Assembly: GCF_009914755.1 (NCBI RefSeq)
Contig: NC_060947.1
Origin: the human T2T-CHM13v2.0 reference genome, Homo sapiens
Reading direction: 5' to 3' (one strand)
Length of the DNA: 64,000 bases
A program made the translations under genes and the position numbers. Below the pieces are notes generated by a model. It had not been told where the DNA came from, did not search any database, and saw only the letters and a list, made by a program, of their open reading frames with translations. Position 1 is the stretch's first letter, and each line of letters begins with the position of its first letter. This document shows positions 1-22,812 of this stretch, piece after piece.

Positions 1-251
1 TAGACAAAGAAGGCCATTACATAATGGTAAAGGGATCAATTCAACAAGAAGAACTAACTATCTTAAATATATATGCACAAAATACAGGAGCACCGAGATT
101 CATAAAGCAAGCCCTTAGAGACCTACAAAGAGACTTAGACTCCCACACAATAATACTGGGAGACATTAACAACCCACTGTCAACATTAGACAGATCAATG
201 AGACAGAAAGTTAACAAGGATATCCAGGAATTGAACTCAGCTCTGCACCAA

Positions 252-252
<1 letters not shown>
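1..252 (+). mobile_element. L1PA ORF2 endonuclease-domain fragment (continues left of window)
   Basis: Translates [29 protein letters not shown]...ELNSALHQ (L1 ORF2p EN); switches to minus-strand L1 at ~252. Confidence 0.9.
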
Positions 253-7248
<6,996 letters not shown>

Positions 7249-8535
7249 CATTGCGGTCTGACAACCTCACCCTCAGTTTCCCTTATCTACACATGCTTTT
7301 CCTGTCACTTCTATGCCTACTCCATCTCAGATGTCTACTCTTGAAACTTCAATGCAATGCTTATTACGCCAAAACAAAGAAACAAGTGAATTAGATGCAT
7401 GAACTTACCCGGTCATGCTAGACCCACCTAACTTCCAAGGGGTACAAATGCATCAACATGTACCTCTTAATCTTACCTTTTTAAAAGAATTTAAGGATGC
7501 TTGTACTCAATATTGTCCTACTTCTCCTTAGTTAAAATGGTATTACAAACTTTTTATACTGAGGTCATTTTGCTTCCTTTAGACTGGGACCTTTTGGCAA
7601 AAGCTGTTCTAACCCCATCTCAGCATTTACAATTTCGTACCTGGTGGTCAGAAGAGGCCCATTTGCAGGCTCAGCTAAATCGGACTAATGACATTCTCAT
7701 TACTCAGGCTCAGCTCACAGGCTTCAATAGTTTCTCTGATGCTTATGCCAAATTAAACTTTGATGCTCTTACCACGGAACAAGTAACAAAGGTGTGTATG
7801 AGAGCTTGGGATAAATTACGCACTCCAGGCCAAGCTCCTGTTTCTTTCACCACAGTTAAACAAGGTCACTCTGAATTATACCCTGATTTCTTAGCTAAAT
7901 TACAAGATGCTGTTGAAAAATCTGTCTCTGATGAGCGCACTCAAGGTATTCTCCTTCGTTAGCTTTTGAAAATGCGAACCATGAGTGTAAAATGGCCATG
8001 CCTTCTGTCCAACGACAAAATTTACCTGATCAGGAGGTGTTGCCTGTATATATTAAAGCTTGTGAAGGCATTGGGTAAGACACCCACAAAGCTATTCTGT
8101 TGGCATGGGCCATGAAGGACACCAACCAAACTGGTCCCACTAATTCTTTTCTTGGAGCCTGCTATAATTGCTGTCAATTTGGTCATACTAGAAAAAACTG
8201 CACTGTTAAAAACTTAAAAGTGGCCAAGCTGGCTCAACAAACACGGCCAAATGCTGCTGCTACTGTTTGCCCATGTTGTCACAAAGGTAAACATTGGGCA
8301 AGTAATTGCTGCTCTAAGTATGATATAGATGGAAACCCCCTGCCACAATGGGGAGCGGGGCTGGTCCCAGGCCCCAATATCAAATGGGACACTTCAGACT
8401 CATACCAATGTTGTGTTTCCGCTTTGGGTGGTCCCAGTGCAGCCCCCAGGACAAAAAAGTTTACCTACAGCCAACCCAAATGGGTCCCAGCCTCTCCTTC
8501 TGTCTCAGTACAGTGCTTGTCCACCTCCACGGTAG
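7249..8535 (+). pseudogene. gag: HERV-K gag remnant (CA, NC, C-terminus)
   Basis: Major homology region VKQGHSELYPDFLAKLQDAV; knuckles CYNCCQFGHTRKNC and CPCCHKGKHWASNC; C-terminal NGERGWSQAP in another frame; stops and frameshifts. Confidence 0.88.
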
Positions 8536-9316
8536 GTGGCAGGACGGTCAATCTCTGTAGTATTATTCCTCTAAATTTTCTACTTAACTCTTTGCCTTTA
8601 ATTGTCCCCACGGGGGTCACTGGCCCTTTACCTCAAGGTTCGGTGGGCCTGGTGTTAGGTAGGGCATCCACCTCTGCTAAAGGAATCACCATTCATACTG
8701 GTATCATTAATTCTGATTCCGTTGATGAGATTAAATTAGTCGTGTCTGCTAAGGTTCCTGTTTCCATTCTGGCTGGTGAGTCAATTGCTCGATTGCTTTT
8801 ACTACCTAATATCATTTTAAACAAAGGAAATAAGACACGTGGCACTGGGATTGGCTCCAGTGGTGAAAAGGCCGCTTAGTGAATTAATATAATTTCTAAA
8901 CAATGGCCCACCTGCACCATACACATACAAGGAAAAAAGTTTGAGGGCCTAGTACTGAGGCTGATGTTTCTGTTATTTCCTCTAGTTTATGGCCTTCCTC
9001 CTGGCTTAAACATCGTGCTAACATGGGACTAGTAGGTGTCAGAAAAGCTGAGGAAGTTTATGAGAGCACATTTATCTTGCCTTGCACTGGTCCTGATGGT
9101 CAAAAGGGTACAATTCAGCCCTATATCATGCCAATTCCCATTAATCTTTGGGGTAGAGATTTGCTGGCACAATGCAGGGCTGAAATTAATATTCCACATA
9201 ACTCTCACAGTGCTTCCAGTCAGCATATGATAGAAAACATGGGGTTTGTTCCTGGACTCCGTCTCGGTCCAAAACATGAAGGGATTACTAAACCCCTCCC
9301 AATTACTGTAAAATAA
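8345..9316 (+). pseudogene. pro: HERV-K dUTPase/protease/G-patch remnant
   Basis: dUTPase motifs GRAS, GIINSDSVDEI, IARL, RGTGIGSSG; protease FEGLV..TxADV with the DTG damaged at ~8950; INLWGRDLL; G-patch MIENMGFVPGLRLGPKHEGI. Confidence 0.87.
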
Positions 9317-12014
9317 GACAGGGCTGGTTTAGGTTATCCTTTTTAGTGGTGGCCACTGCCAAGCCTCCTGATCCTATCCCTTTACAATGGAAATCTGACA
9401 CACCTGTTTGGATAGAGCAGTGGCCACTTTCTAAAGAAAAACTGGAGGCTTTAACTCACTTGGTTTCTGAACAGTTACAACTTGGAAATGTGGAACCTTC
9501 TCTTTCCCCCTGGAATTCTCCTGTGTTTCTAGTAAAAAAGAAATCAGGCAAGTGGCGGATGGTAACTGATTTCAGGGCCATTAATTAATTAATAATTAAA
9601 CCTATGGGGGCCGTCCAATCCGGCATGCCTGCTCCTGCTTTAATACCTAAAAATTGGCCTCTCATAGTTATTTATCTTAAAGATTTTTTTCATATTGCTT
9701 TACATAAATCGGATTGTGAAAAATTTGCTTTTACTGTACCATCTATCAATAATCAGGAGCCTGCAGCTCATTATCAATGGAAAGTACTTCCTCAGGGAAT
9801 GCTAAATAGCCCTACAATCTGCCAGCTTTTGTTGGGCAAGTGCTTTCACCAGTTCAAGCCCAATTTCCCCAGGCCTATATTCTTCATTGTATTGATGATA
9901 TTTTAATGGCTGTCCCCACTGATAAAGAATTAATTGACTGTTATTAAAGTTTGAGCCACCATGTTACAGAGGCTGGATTACACATTGCTCAGGATAAAAT
10001 TCGACTGACCACTCCTGTTCAATATTTAGGAATGGTGGTCAATAAACAACGTATTCAACCTCAAAAACTTCAAATTAGGAAAGATTCTCTGAAAACTTTA
10101 AATGACTTCCAAAAACTTTTGGGTAACATTAATTATTTAATACCTACTTTATGTATTCCGACCTATACACTGTCTAACTTGTTTTCTATGCTGCGGGGAG
10201 ATTCCAATCTCCGCAGTCCCAGGACTTTGACCCCTGAGGCTTCACTAGAACTGCAATTCATAGAGGAAAGAATCCTGACCGCCCAGTTATCTAGAGTACA
10301 GCTGTTTCAGCCTTTTCAGCTTCTGGTTTTTGCTTCATTACACTCCCCTACTGGACTAATAGTTCAACATAATGACTTAGTGGAGTGGTGTTTTCTTCCT
10401 CATTCTGTGTCAACAACTTTGTTTATCTAGATCAAATGGCCACTCTAATTGGACAGGCACGGTGTAGAATACTTAAGATTTCCAGATTTGATCTGAATTT
10501 AATCGTAGTTCCTTTAAATCAGTCACCTTTCAACATTCAGTATTATGGCAAATTCACTTGGCTGATTTTATTGGCGTTATTGACAATCATTATCCAAAGA
10601 ACAAATTGCTTGATTTTATAAAAATGACATCTTGGGTGGTCCCTCGATTAACCAAAGATCAGCCCATTCCTGAGGCCATTACGGTGTTCACTGATGGCTC
10701 CAGTAATGGCAATGATGGTTAGGTAGGTCCTACAGGCAAGCTTATTTCTACCCCTTATACCTCTGCTCAAAAGGCAGAGTTAATTGCTGTGATTACTGCC
10801 TTACAGGATTTCCCCAAACCTTTAAATATTGTCTCTGATTCTGCTTATGTTGTACATGCCACTAAAAATATAGAAACTGCTACTATCAAACATACTGATA
10901 ATTCTGAATTGGCTTCTTTATTTTCAAGGTTACAACAGGCGGTTTGCCAACGTAGACACCCTTTCTATATCACACATATTAGATCTCATACCACTTTACC
11001 AGGACCCATGTCTGCTGGTAATCATGAAGTCAATGGTTTGGTCTCTTTTGCAACCCAAGAGGCTCAGGAGTTCCATAATCTCATTCATGTCAATGCTGCT
11101 GGATTAAAAGATAAATTTGCTCTTACCTGGAAACAGGCTAGCTTGTTGTTCACAGCTGCCCTCAGTGCCAAGTTTTTGTACTTCCAAATCAGGAACCTGG
11201 CATTAATCCCAGAGGCCTAACTCCTAACGCTTTATTGCAAATGGATGTGACTCATGTTAGCTCCTTTGGCAGACTGTCATATGTGCATGTCTCTGTACAT
11301 ACCTTCTCAGGTTTTATCTGGGCTACTTGCCAAACTGGGGAAGGCACGGCACATATTAAAAAAAATCTGTATTCTTGCTTTGCAGTTATGGGGCTTCCAT
11401 ATCAAATAAAGACAGGCAACACCCCTGGATATGTTAGTAAGGCTTTTGATTTATTTATGCAACAATGAGGACTTTCCCATATTACTGGAATCCCTTACAA
11501 TCCTCAGGGACAGGCTGTGGTGGAACGGGCCAATCGCACTTTAAAAACCCAGTTGTCCAAACAGTCTGAACAACAAAAACATAATTTAACTACCACCCAT
11601 TCCCAATTACATTTGGCATTGTGTACTTTAAATTTTTAAAATGTTCCTAAAGATAAAAATCTAACTGCAGCCAAAGGCCATTATACAGGCAAAAAATTCT
11701 CCCTAAACAAGGGCAAGCCCATGTTATGGAAAAACTCCCAAACCAATACCTGGGAACCTGGCACAATTATAACATGGGAAAGAGGATATGCTTGTGTTTC
11801 ACCAGGAGATCATCAATCCCCTGTCTGGGTACCCACCAGGAGACTCAAGCTTTGGGTGAATACTGACAACGAAAACCACAGGGAAAAGACGTCCATGTCA
11901 GAGACTGCCCTCAGATGTGGTGAGATCTGTGCCAACTCCTTGGAAGTTGGCACACCAAATCACAATGGGTCTGATTCAATCCTCCCTGATGGGAATGGAG
12001 ACCCATCTAACTAA
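9300..12014 (+). pseudogene. pol: HERV-K pol remnant (RT, RNase H, integrase)
   Basis: [43 protein letters not shown] in place of YIDD (~9888-9899), TDGS/NIVSDSAYV/HIRSH, QMDVTH, IKTGN (D>G); multiple disablements. Confidence 0.9.
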
Positions 12015-13564
12015 TGCCACTTCTCCTGATTACCTTTCTTTTTCTCCTTACAAACCTAAAAATCTGACCATTTCTATTAGCCTGAAAATAACATCCTTCT
12101 GTTCTTCTCGTCCTCCTTCAGCACCCAATCTCACTTACACTAGATTTTATTTAATGATTCTCCTCCTTATGCTTTCTGTCTCACCAGTTTCCTCTCATAC
12201 TGATTTACCTGCTAAACGAAATTATTCTTATTGGGCTTATGTGCCTTTTCCTCCACGTATTCGACCTCTCACCTGGATGGATGCTCCTGTGGAAATCTAC
12301 ACTAACGATAGTGTGTGGATGCCTGGACCTAAAGAAGACCGCTGCCCTGCTCAACCAGGAGAAGGCACTGCATTTAATGTTACCATGGGTTATAAATACC
12401 CCCCTCTGTGCCTCGGATATGCACCTGGTTGTATCCAGGTAGAAACTCAAATCTGGGCTGCTTATCTTCTGGAGAGATCAGCTACCGAAGAACTGGGACA
12501 TTTGGTCTCCAGCCTCTCCCTTTCTCCTTTAAAACAAATGAAAGGGGGAGTAATGGGAGATACCCCATACTTTCAATATAAACCTGCAGGAAAACCATGC
12601 CCTAAAAGTTTTGAGGGCCCATCTAAAACCTTAATTTGGGAAGATTGTGTTAACTCACATGCAGTAATATTAAGAAATGACTCATATGGTTTAGTAATAG
12701 TCTGAGCACCAAAGGGCTATTTAAAGAACAACTGCTCCTTTGGCGGAAGGGAATGCCTGGAGGCTACTTGTTTTCTTATCAGGAGAATGAGAATCATCAT
12801 TCTACTTTTCATAGGAGGTTCAGCTCATTCCTTCCCTTAAAATGGGAAGATAAAGGCATTACTGGCCCCCACTCCCCGAGGCCTCATATGATAGCCCCAT
12901 TTGGAGCCCAGAACACCCAGAACTTCGGAAATTGGCTACTGCCATATCTGGACTGCAATTATGGGTAGGGGAAACTATTCTGTCTGTTGTCCCTGCTACC
13001 GCCCCCATCTCTCAGTATCAACATAGATCCAGATATTCTGCTTTACTTACCTCCAACCTGACTGTTCTCATACAGAGTTGTGTTAAGCCTCCTTACATGC
13101 TGTTAGTGGGAAATATCAAAACTTGGACGAACAATCAAACTGTCCAATGCATTAATTGTCATTAATACACTTGTATTAACTCCCATTTTGACTCCAGGAA
13201 AAGTGTAATGTTGGTTCAAGCTCGAGAAGGAATCTGGATTCTGATAACTTTGCCCAGATCTTGGGAATCCTCCCACTCAATACATTTAATTAATGAAGTG
13301 TTACAGCAAATTCTAAAAAGATCTAAGAGATTTGTTTTCACTTTAATCGCTGTGATCATGGGCCTAATTACAGTCACTGCACTGGCCACCACTGCCAGAA
13401 TGGCGTTACATCAATCTATTCAAATGGCTCATTTTGGTAATGATTGGCAAGCCAATTCCACCCCAATGTGGAATTCTCAACAAGGCATTGATCAAAAATT
13501 GGCTAATCAAATTAATGATTTAAAACAGTCTATTATTTGGCTTGGAGATCAGGTAGTGAGTCCT
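11965..13564 (+). pseudogene. env: HERV-K env remnant, 5' part (signal peptide, SU, furin site, fusion peptide, ISD region)
   Basis: MILLLMLSVSPVSS; NYSYWAYVPFPP..EIYTNDSVWMPGP; RSKR|[13 protein letters not shown]; [19 protein letters not shown]; stop at 12703-12705 and later frameshifts. Confidence 0.88.
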
Positions 13565-18656
<5,092 letters not shown>

Positions 18657-19076
18657 CAGGTAGTGAGTCTTGAACATCGCATGCAAATGCATTGCGATTG
18701 GAATCAGCCCGTATTCCTATAACGAGGCTGATCATTCATGGGAAATGGTCAAAGGACACCTTCTAGGTAGGGAAGATAATTTATCATTAGACATAGCTAA
18801 AGTAAAGAAACAAATTTTTGAAGGCTCTCAACCTCATTTATCCATTGTGCCCGGAGCTGAGGCGTTAGATCAGGTGGCAGAAAAATCTTTCTGGACTAAA
18901 CCCCATGACTTGGATTAAGTCTATTGGGGGCTCAACTGTAGTAAATTTTGGAATTATGTTTCTCTGTTTAATCAGCTTGTCTTTAGTGTGCCAGACCAGT
19001 GAAAGAATCCTGCATCAAAATCGAGAGAACGAAGGAGCCTTCATCACCATGGCACATTTATATAAAAAGGGAGAGA
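18657..19076 (+). pseudogene. env: HERV-K env remnant, 3' part (TM C-terminus) and polypurine tract
   Basis: Resumes [16 protein letters not shown] after the TSD; [10 protein letters not shown], membrane anchor VVNFGIMFLCLISLSLV; PPT AAAAAGGGAGAGA 19064-19076. Confidence 0.87.
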
Positions 19077-20167
19077 TGTTGCGGGAAGTCAGGGACCCCG
19101 AACGGAGGGACTGGGTGAAGCCATGGCAGAAGAATATAAAATGTGAAGATTTCATGGACATTTATTAGTTCCCCAAATTAATACTTTTATAATTTCTTAC
19201 GCCTGTCTTTACTGCAATCTCTGAACATAAATTGTGAAGATTTCATGGACATTTGTCACTTCCCCAATCAATACTCTTGTGATTTCCTATGCCTGTCTTT
19301 AATCTCTTAATCCCGTCATCTTCATAAGCTGAGGATGTATGTCACCTCAGGACCCTGTGATGATTGCGTTAACTGCACAAATTGTTTGTAAAGCATATGT
19401 GTTTAAACAATATGAAATCTGGGCACCTTGAAAAAAGAACAGGATAACAGCAATGTTCAGGGAACAAGAGAGATAACCATTAGGTCTGGCTGCCTGAGAG
19501 CCGGGTGGAACAGAGTCATATTTTTCTTCTTTCCAAAGCAAATAGGAGAAATATTGCTGAATTCTTTTTCTCAGCAAGGAACGGCCCTGAGGAAGAGAAT
19601 GTGTTCCTAGGGGGAGGTCTCTGAAATGGCCGCTCTGGGAATGTCTGTCTTATACAGTTGCGGATAAGGGATGAAATAAGCCCTGATCTCTTGTAGTGCT
19701 CCCAGTCCTATTAGGATGAGGAAATTCCTGCCTAATAAAGTTTGGACAGACTGGTTGTCTGCTCTCAAACCCTGTCTCCTTATAAGATGTCATCAATGAC
19801 AATGTGTGCTCAGTGGGACATGAAACTTCATTAGCATTTTTAATTTCACCCTGGTCCTGTGATCTCGCCCTGCCTCCATTTGCCTTGTGATATTTTATTA
19901 CCTTGTGAAGCATGTGATCTCTGGGACCCACACCCTATTCGTACACTCCTTCCCCTTTGAAAATCACTAATAAATACTTGCTGGTTTTGCAGCTTGTGGG
20001 GCATCAGGGAACCTGCTGACATGTGATGTCTCCCCCGGATACCCAGCTTTAAAATTTCTCTGTTTTGTACTCTTTCCCTTTATTTCTCAGACTGGCCGAC
20101 ACTTAGGGAAATAGAAAAGAACCTATGTGAAATAACGTTGAATTATTGGGGGTGGGTTCTCCCGATA
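19077..20167 (+). mobile_element. MER11 (B/C-like) 3' LTR of the provirus
   Basis: Starts TGTTGCGGGAAGTCAGGGACCCC right after the PPT, ends TCTCCCGATA; duplicated GTGAAGATTTCATGGACATT block; AATAAA 19969-19974. Confidence 0.9.
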
Positions 20168-20304
20168 GTATCAGCTTAACATAACTAGGTATAAGATAGT
20201 ATTTGTAATCCTCATGGTAACCTCAAACCAGAAAAAACAAAGAATGGACACACACAAAATTAAAGCAAGACACTAAATCCTATCACCAGACAGAATCACC
20301 TTCA

Positions 20305-20305
<1 letters not shown>

Positions 20306-20347
<42 letters not shown>
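20306..20347. repeat. (AC)n microsatellite
   Basis: About 21 perfect AC units. Confidence 0.95.
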
Positions 20348-20348
<1 letters not shown>

Positions 20349-21696
20349 AGGAAAGAAAAAAGGAAGACCACAGAACAACTAGAAAAATAATAACAAAATG
20401 ACAGGAGTAATTCCTTAGTTATCAATAATAACACTGAATATAAATAAACTAAATTCTCTCATCAAATGACACAGAGTGGCTGAATGGATAAAAAAGATCC
20501 ATTGATCTGATGACTGCAGGAAATACACTTCACCTACAGAGACACACATGGACTAAAAATAAAGAAATAGAAAATAATATTGCATGCAAATGGAAACCAA
20601 AAAGAGCAAGTGTAGCTATACTTACATCTGACTAAATAAATTTTAACAAAAGATTATAAGTGGAAACAAAGAAGGACTCTATATAATAATAAAGGAGTCA
20701 TTTCAGCAAGAGTATATAACAATTTTAAATACACATGCACCCAATACTGGAGCACCCAGATGTATAAAGCAAAAATTATTAGAGCTAAAGAGAGAAACAG
20801 GCCCCACTACAATAATTGCTGTAGACATCAACACCCCACTTTCAGCAATGGACAGATCTTTCAGATAGAAAATCAAGAAAGAAACATCGAACCTAATCTG
20901 CACTATAACAAAATGAATCTAATAGGTATTTACAGAACATTTCATCCAATAGTTGCAGAATACACATTCTTTTCTTAAGCACATGGGTAATTCTCAGTAG
21001 TAGATTATATCTTAGGTCATAAACAAGTTTTAAAGCTTTACAAATTATGAAATAACATCAAGAATCTTTTCTGAGCCCAATGGAATAAAATTAGAAATCT
21101 ATGAAAAGAAAGAATTCTGGAAACTATACAAACACGTGGAAATTAATATGCTCCTGGATGAACAGTGCATCAATGAAGAAATTAACAAAGAAACAGAAGA
21201 TTTTCTTGAAACAGATGATAATGGAAACACAACATAACAAAACATATGGGATATAATGAAAGAACTATTAACAGGAAACTTTATATCTATCAGTGCCTAC
21301 GTGAAAAAAAAAAAAAACTTCAAATAAAAAACGTAAAAATGCATCTTAAAGAAGTAGAAAAGCAAGAGCAAACCAAACCCAAAATTAGTAGAAAAAAATA
21401 ATAATGATCAGAACAGAAATAAGAAAACAATACAACAGATCAATAAAACAAAAAGTTTGTTTTTTGAATAAAGAAAATGGATGATCCTTTAGCCATACTA
21501 CAAAAAAATAAAGACGATCCAAATAAATAAAATCAGAGATAAAAATGAGACATTAATATTGAAATGCCCAAATTAAAAGGATCTTTAGTGGCTATTAGGA
21601 GCAACTATATGCCAATAAATTGGAAAATCTTGAAGAAATGGAAAAATGCCTAGACAAATTAAACTTACCAACTTTGAACAATAAAGAAGTTAAGGA

Positions 21697-21999
21697 GGTT
21701 GGGTGCGGTGGCTCACGCCTGTAATCACAGCACTTTGGGAGGCTGAGACGGGCGGATCACGAGGTCAGGAGACCGAGACCATCCTGGCCGACATGGTGAA
21801 ACCCCGTCTCTACTAAAATACAAAAAATTAGCCGGGCATGGTTTCACACACTCCTGTATTCCCAGCTTCTCAGGAGGCTGAGGCAGGGGAATCACTTGAA
21901 CCCAGGAGGCAGAGGTTGCAGTGAGCCGAGATCGTGCCACTACACTACAGCCTGGCAACAGAGTGAGACTCTGTCTCAAAAAAAAAAAAAAAAAAAAAA
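21697..21999 (+). mobile_element. AluSc-like
   Basis: GATCACGAGG, ACCATCCTGGCC and GCCTGGCAACAG diagnostics; poly(A) tail. Confidence 0.88.
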
Positions 22000-22012
22000 A
22001 TAGAGAAATTAA

Positions 22013-22365
22013 GGCCAGTCACTTTGGGAGGCTGGGGAGGGCTCATCATTGAGGTCAGGAGCTCGAGACCAGACTTGCCGAAATGGTAAAACCCTGTCTC
22101 TACTAAAAATACGAAAAATTAGCTGGCATGGTGGCGTGCACTAAGGCACAGTTCTAGCTACTCGGGAGGCTGAGGCAGAAGAATGGCTTGAACCCTGGAG
22201 GCGGAGGTTACAGTGAGCCAAGATCATGCCACTGCACTTCAGCTTGGGCAACAGACAGAATCTCTGTCAAAAAAAAAAAGACAGAAAAGAAAGAGAGAGA
22301 GCGAGAAAGGAAAAGAAAATAAAAAAAGAAAAGGAAGGAAAAGAAAAGAAAAGAAAGGAAAAGGA
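22013..22365 (+). mobile_element. AluS, 5'-damaged, with GA-rich tail
   Basis: Dimeric Alu body with A-rich linker; purine-rich tail ~22270-22365. Confidence 0.85.
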
Positions 22366-22494
22366 GAAATTGAAAACTTGATCAGATCAAAATTGAGTAA
22401 CAAGATAGAAGCCATAATAAAAAGTATCTAAGTAAATAAATTTCTGGACCCAGTGGTTTTTGCCGAATTATACCAAACATTTAAAGAAGAACCA

Positions 22495-22812
22495 GGCTGG
22501 GCACGGTGGCTTATGCCTGCAATCCTAGCACTTTGGGAAGCTGAGGCAGGCAGATCACGAGGCCAGGAATTGGAGACCAGCCTGGCCAATATGGTGAAAC
22601 CCCGTCTCTACTAAAAATACAAAAATTAGCCAGGCGTGGTGGCGCTCACTAAGGCACGGTCCCAGCTACTTGGGATGCTAAAGCAGAAGAATCAGTTAAA
22701 CCCAAGAGGCAAAGGTTGCAGTGAGCCAAAATCGTGCCACTGCAGTCCAGCCTGTGTGACAGAGCGAGACTCCTTCTCAAAAAAGCAAAGCAAAAAAAAA
22801 AAAAAAAAAAAG
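22495..22812 (+). mobile_element. AluS (Sg-like)
   Basis: Full dimer; AAAGAA..AAC-type TSD on both sides within L1MA ORF2. Confidence 0.88.

Larger units (their letters stand above)
7249..13564 (+). mobile_element. HERV-K (HML-8/HERVK11-like) internal region, 5' segment (gag-pro-pol-env, defective)
   Basis: Betaretroviral order CA, two zinc knuckles, dUTPase, protease, G-patch, RT, RNase H, IN, env; group assigned from the MER11-type 3' LTR. Confidence 0.9.

Noticed and set aside
19130-19260. Direct repeats in MER11 (and at ~39408-39455 in LTR8) as an array or CRISPR-like structure
   Set aside because: Two-copy internal LTR duplications in eukaryotic DNA; no spacers or cas genes.
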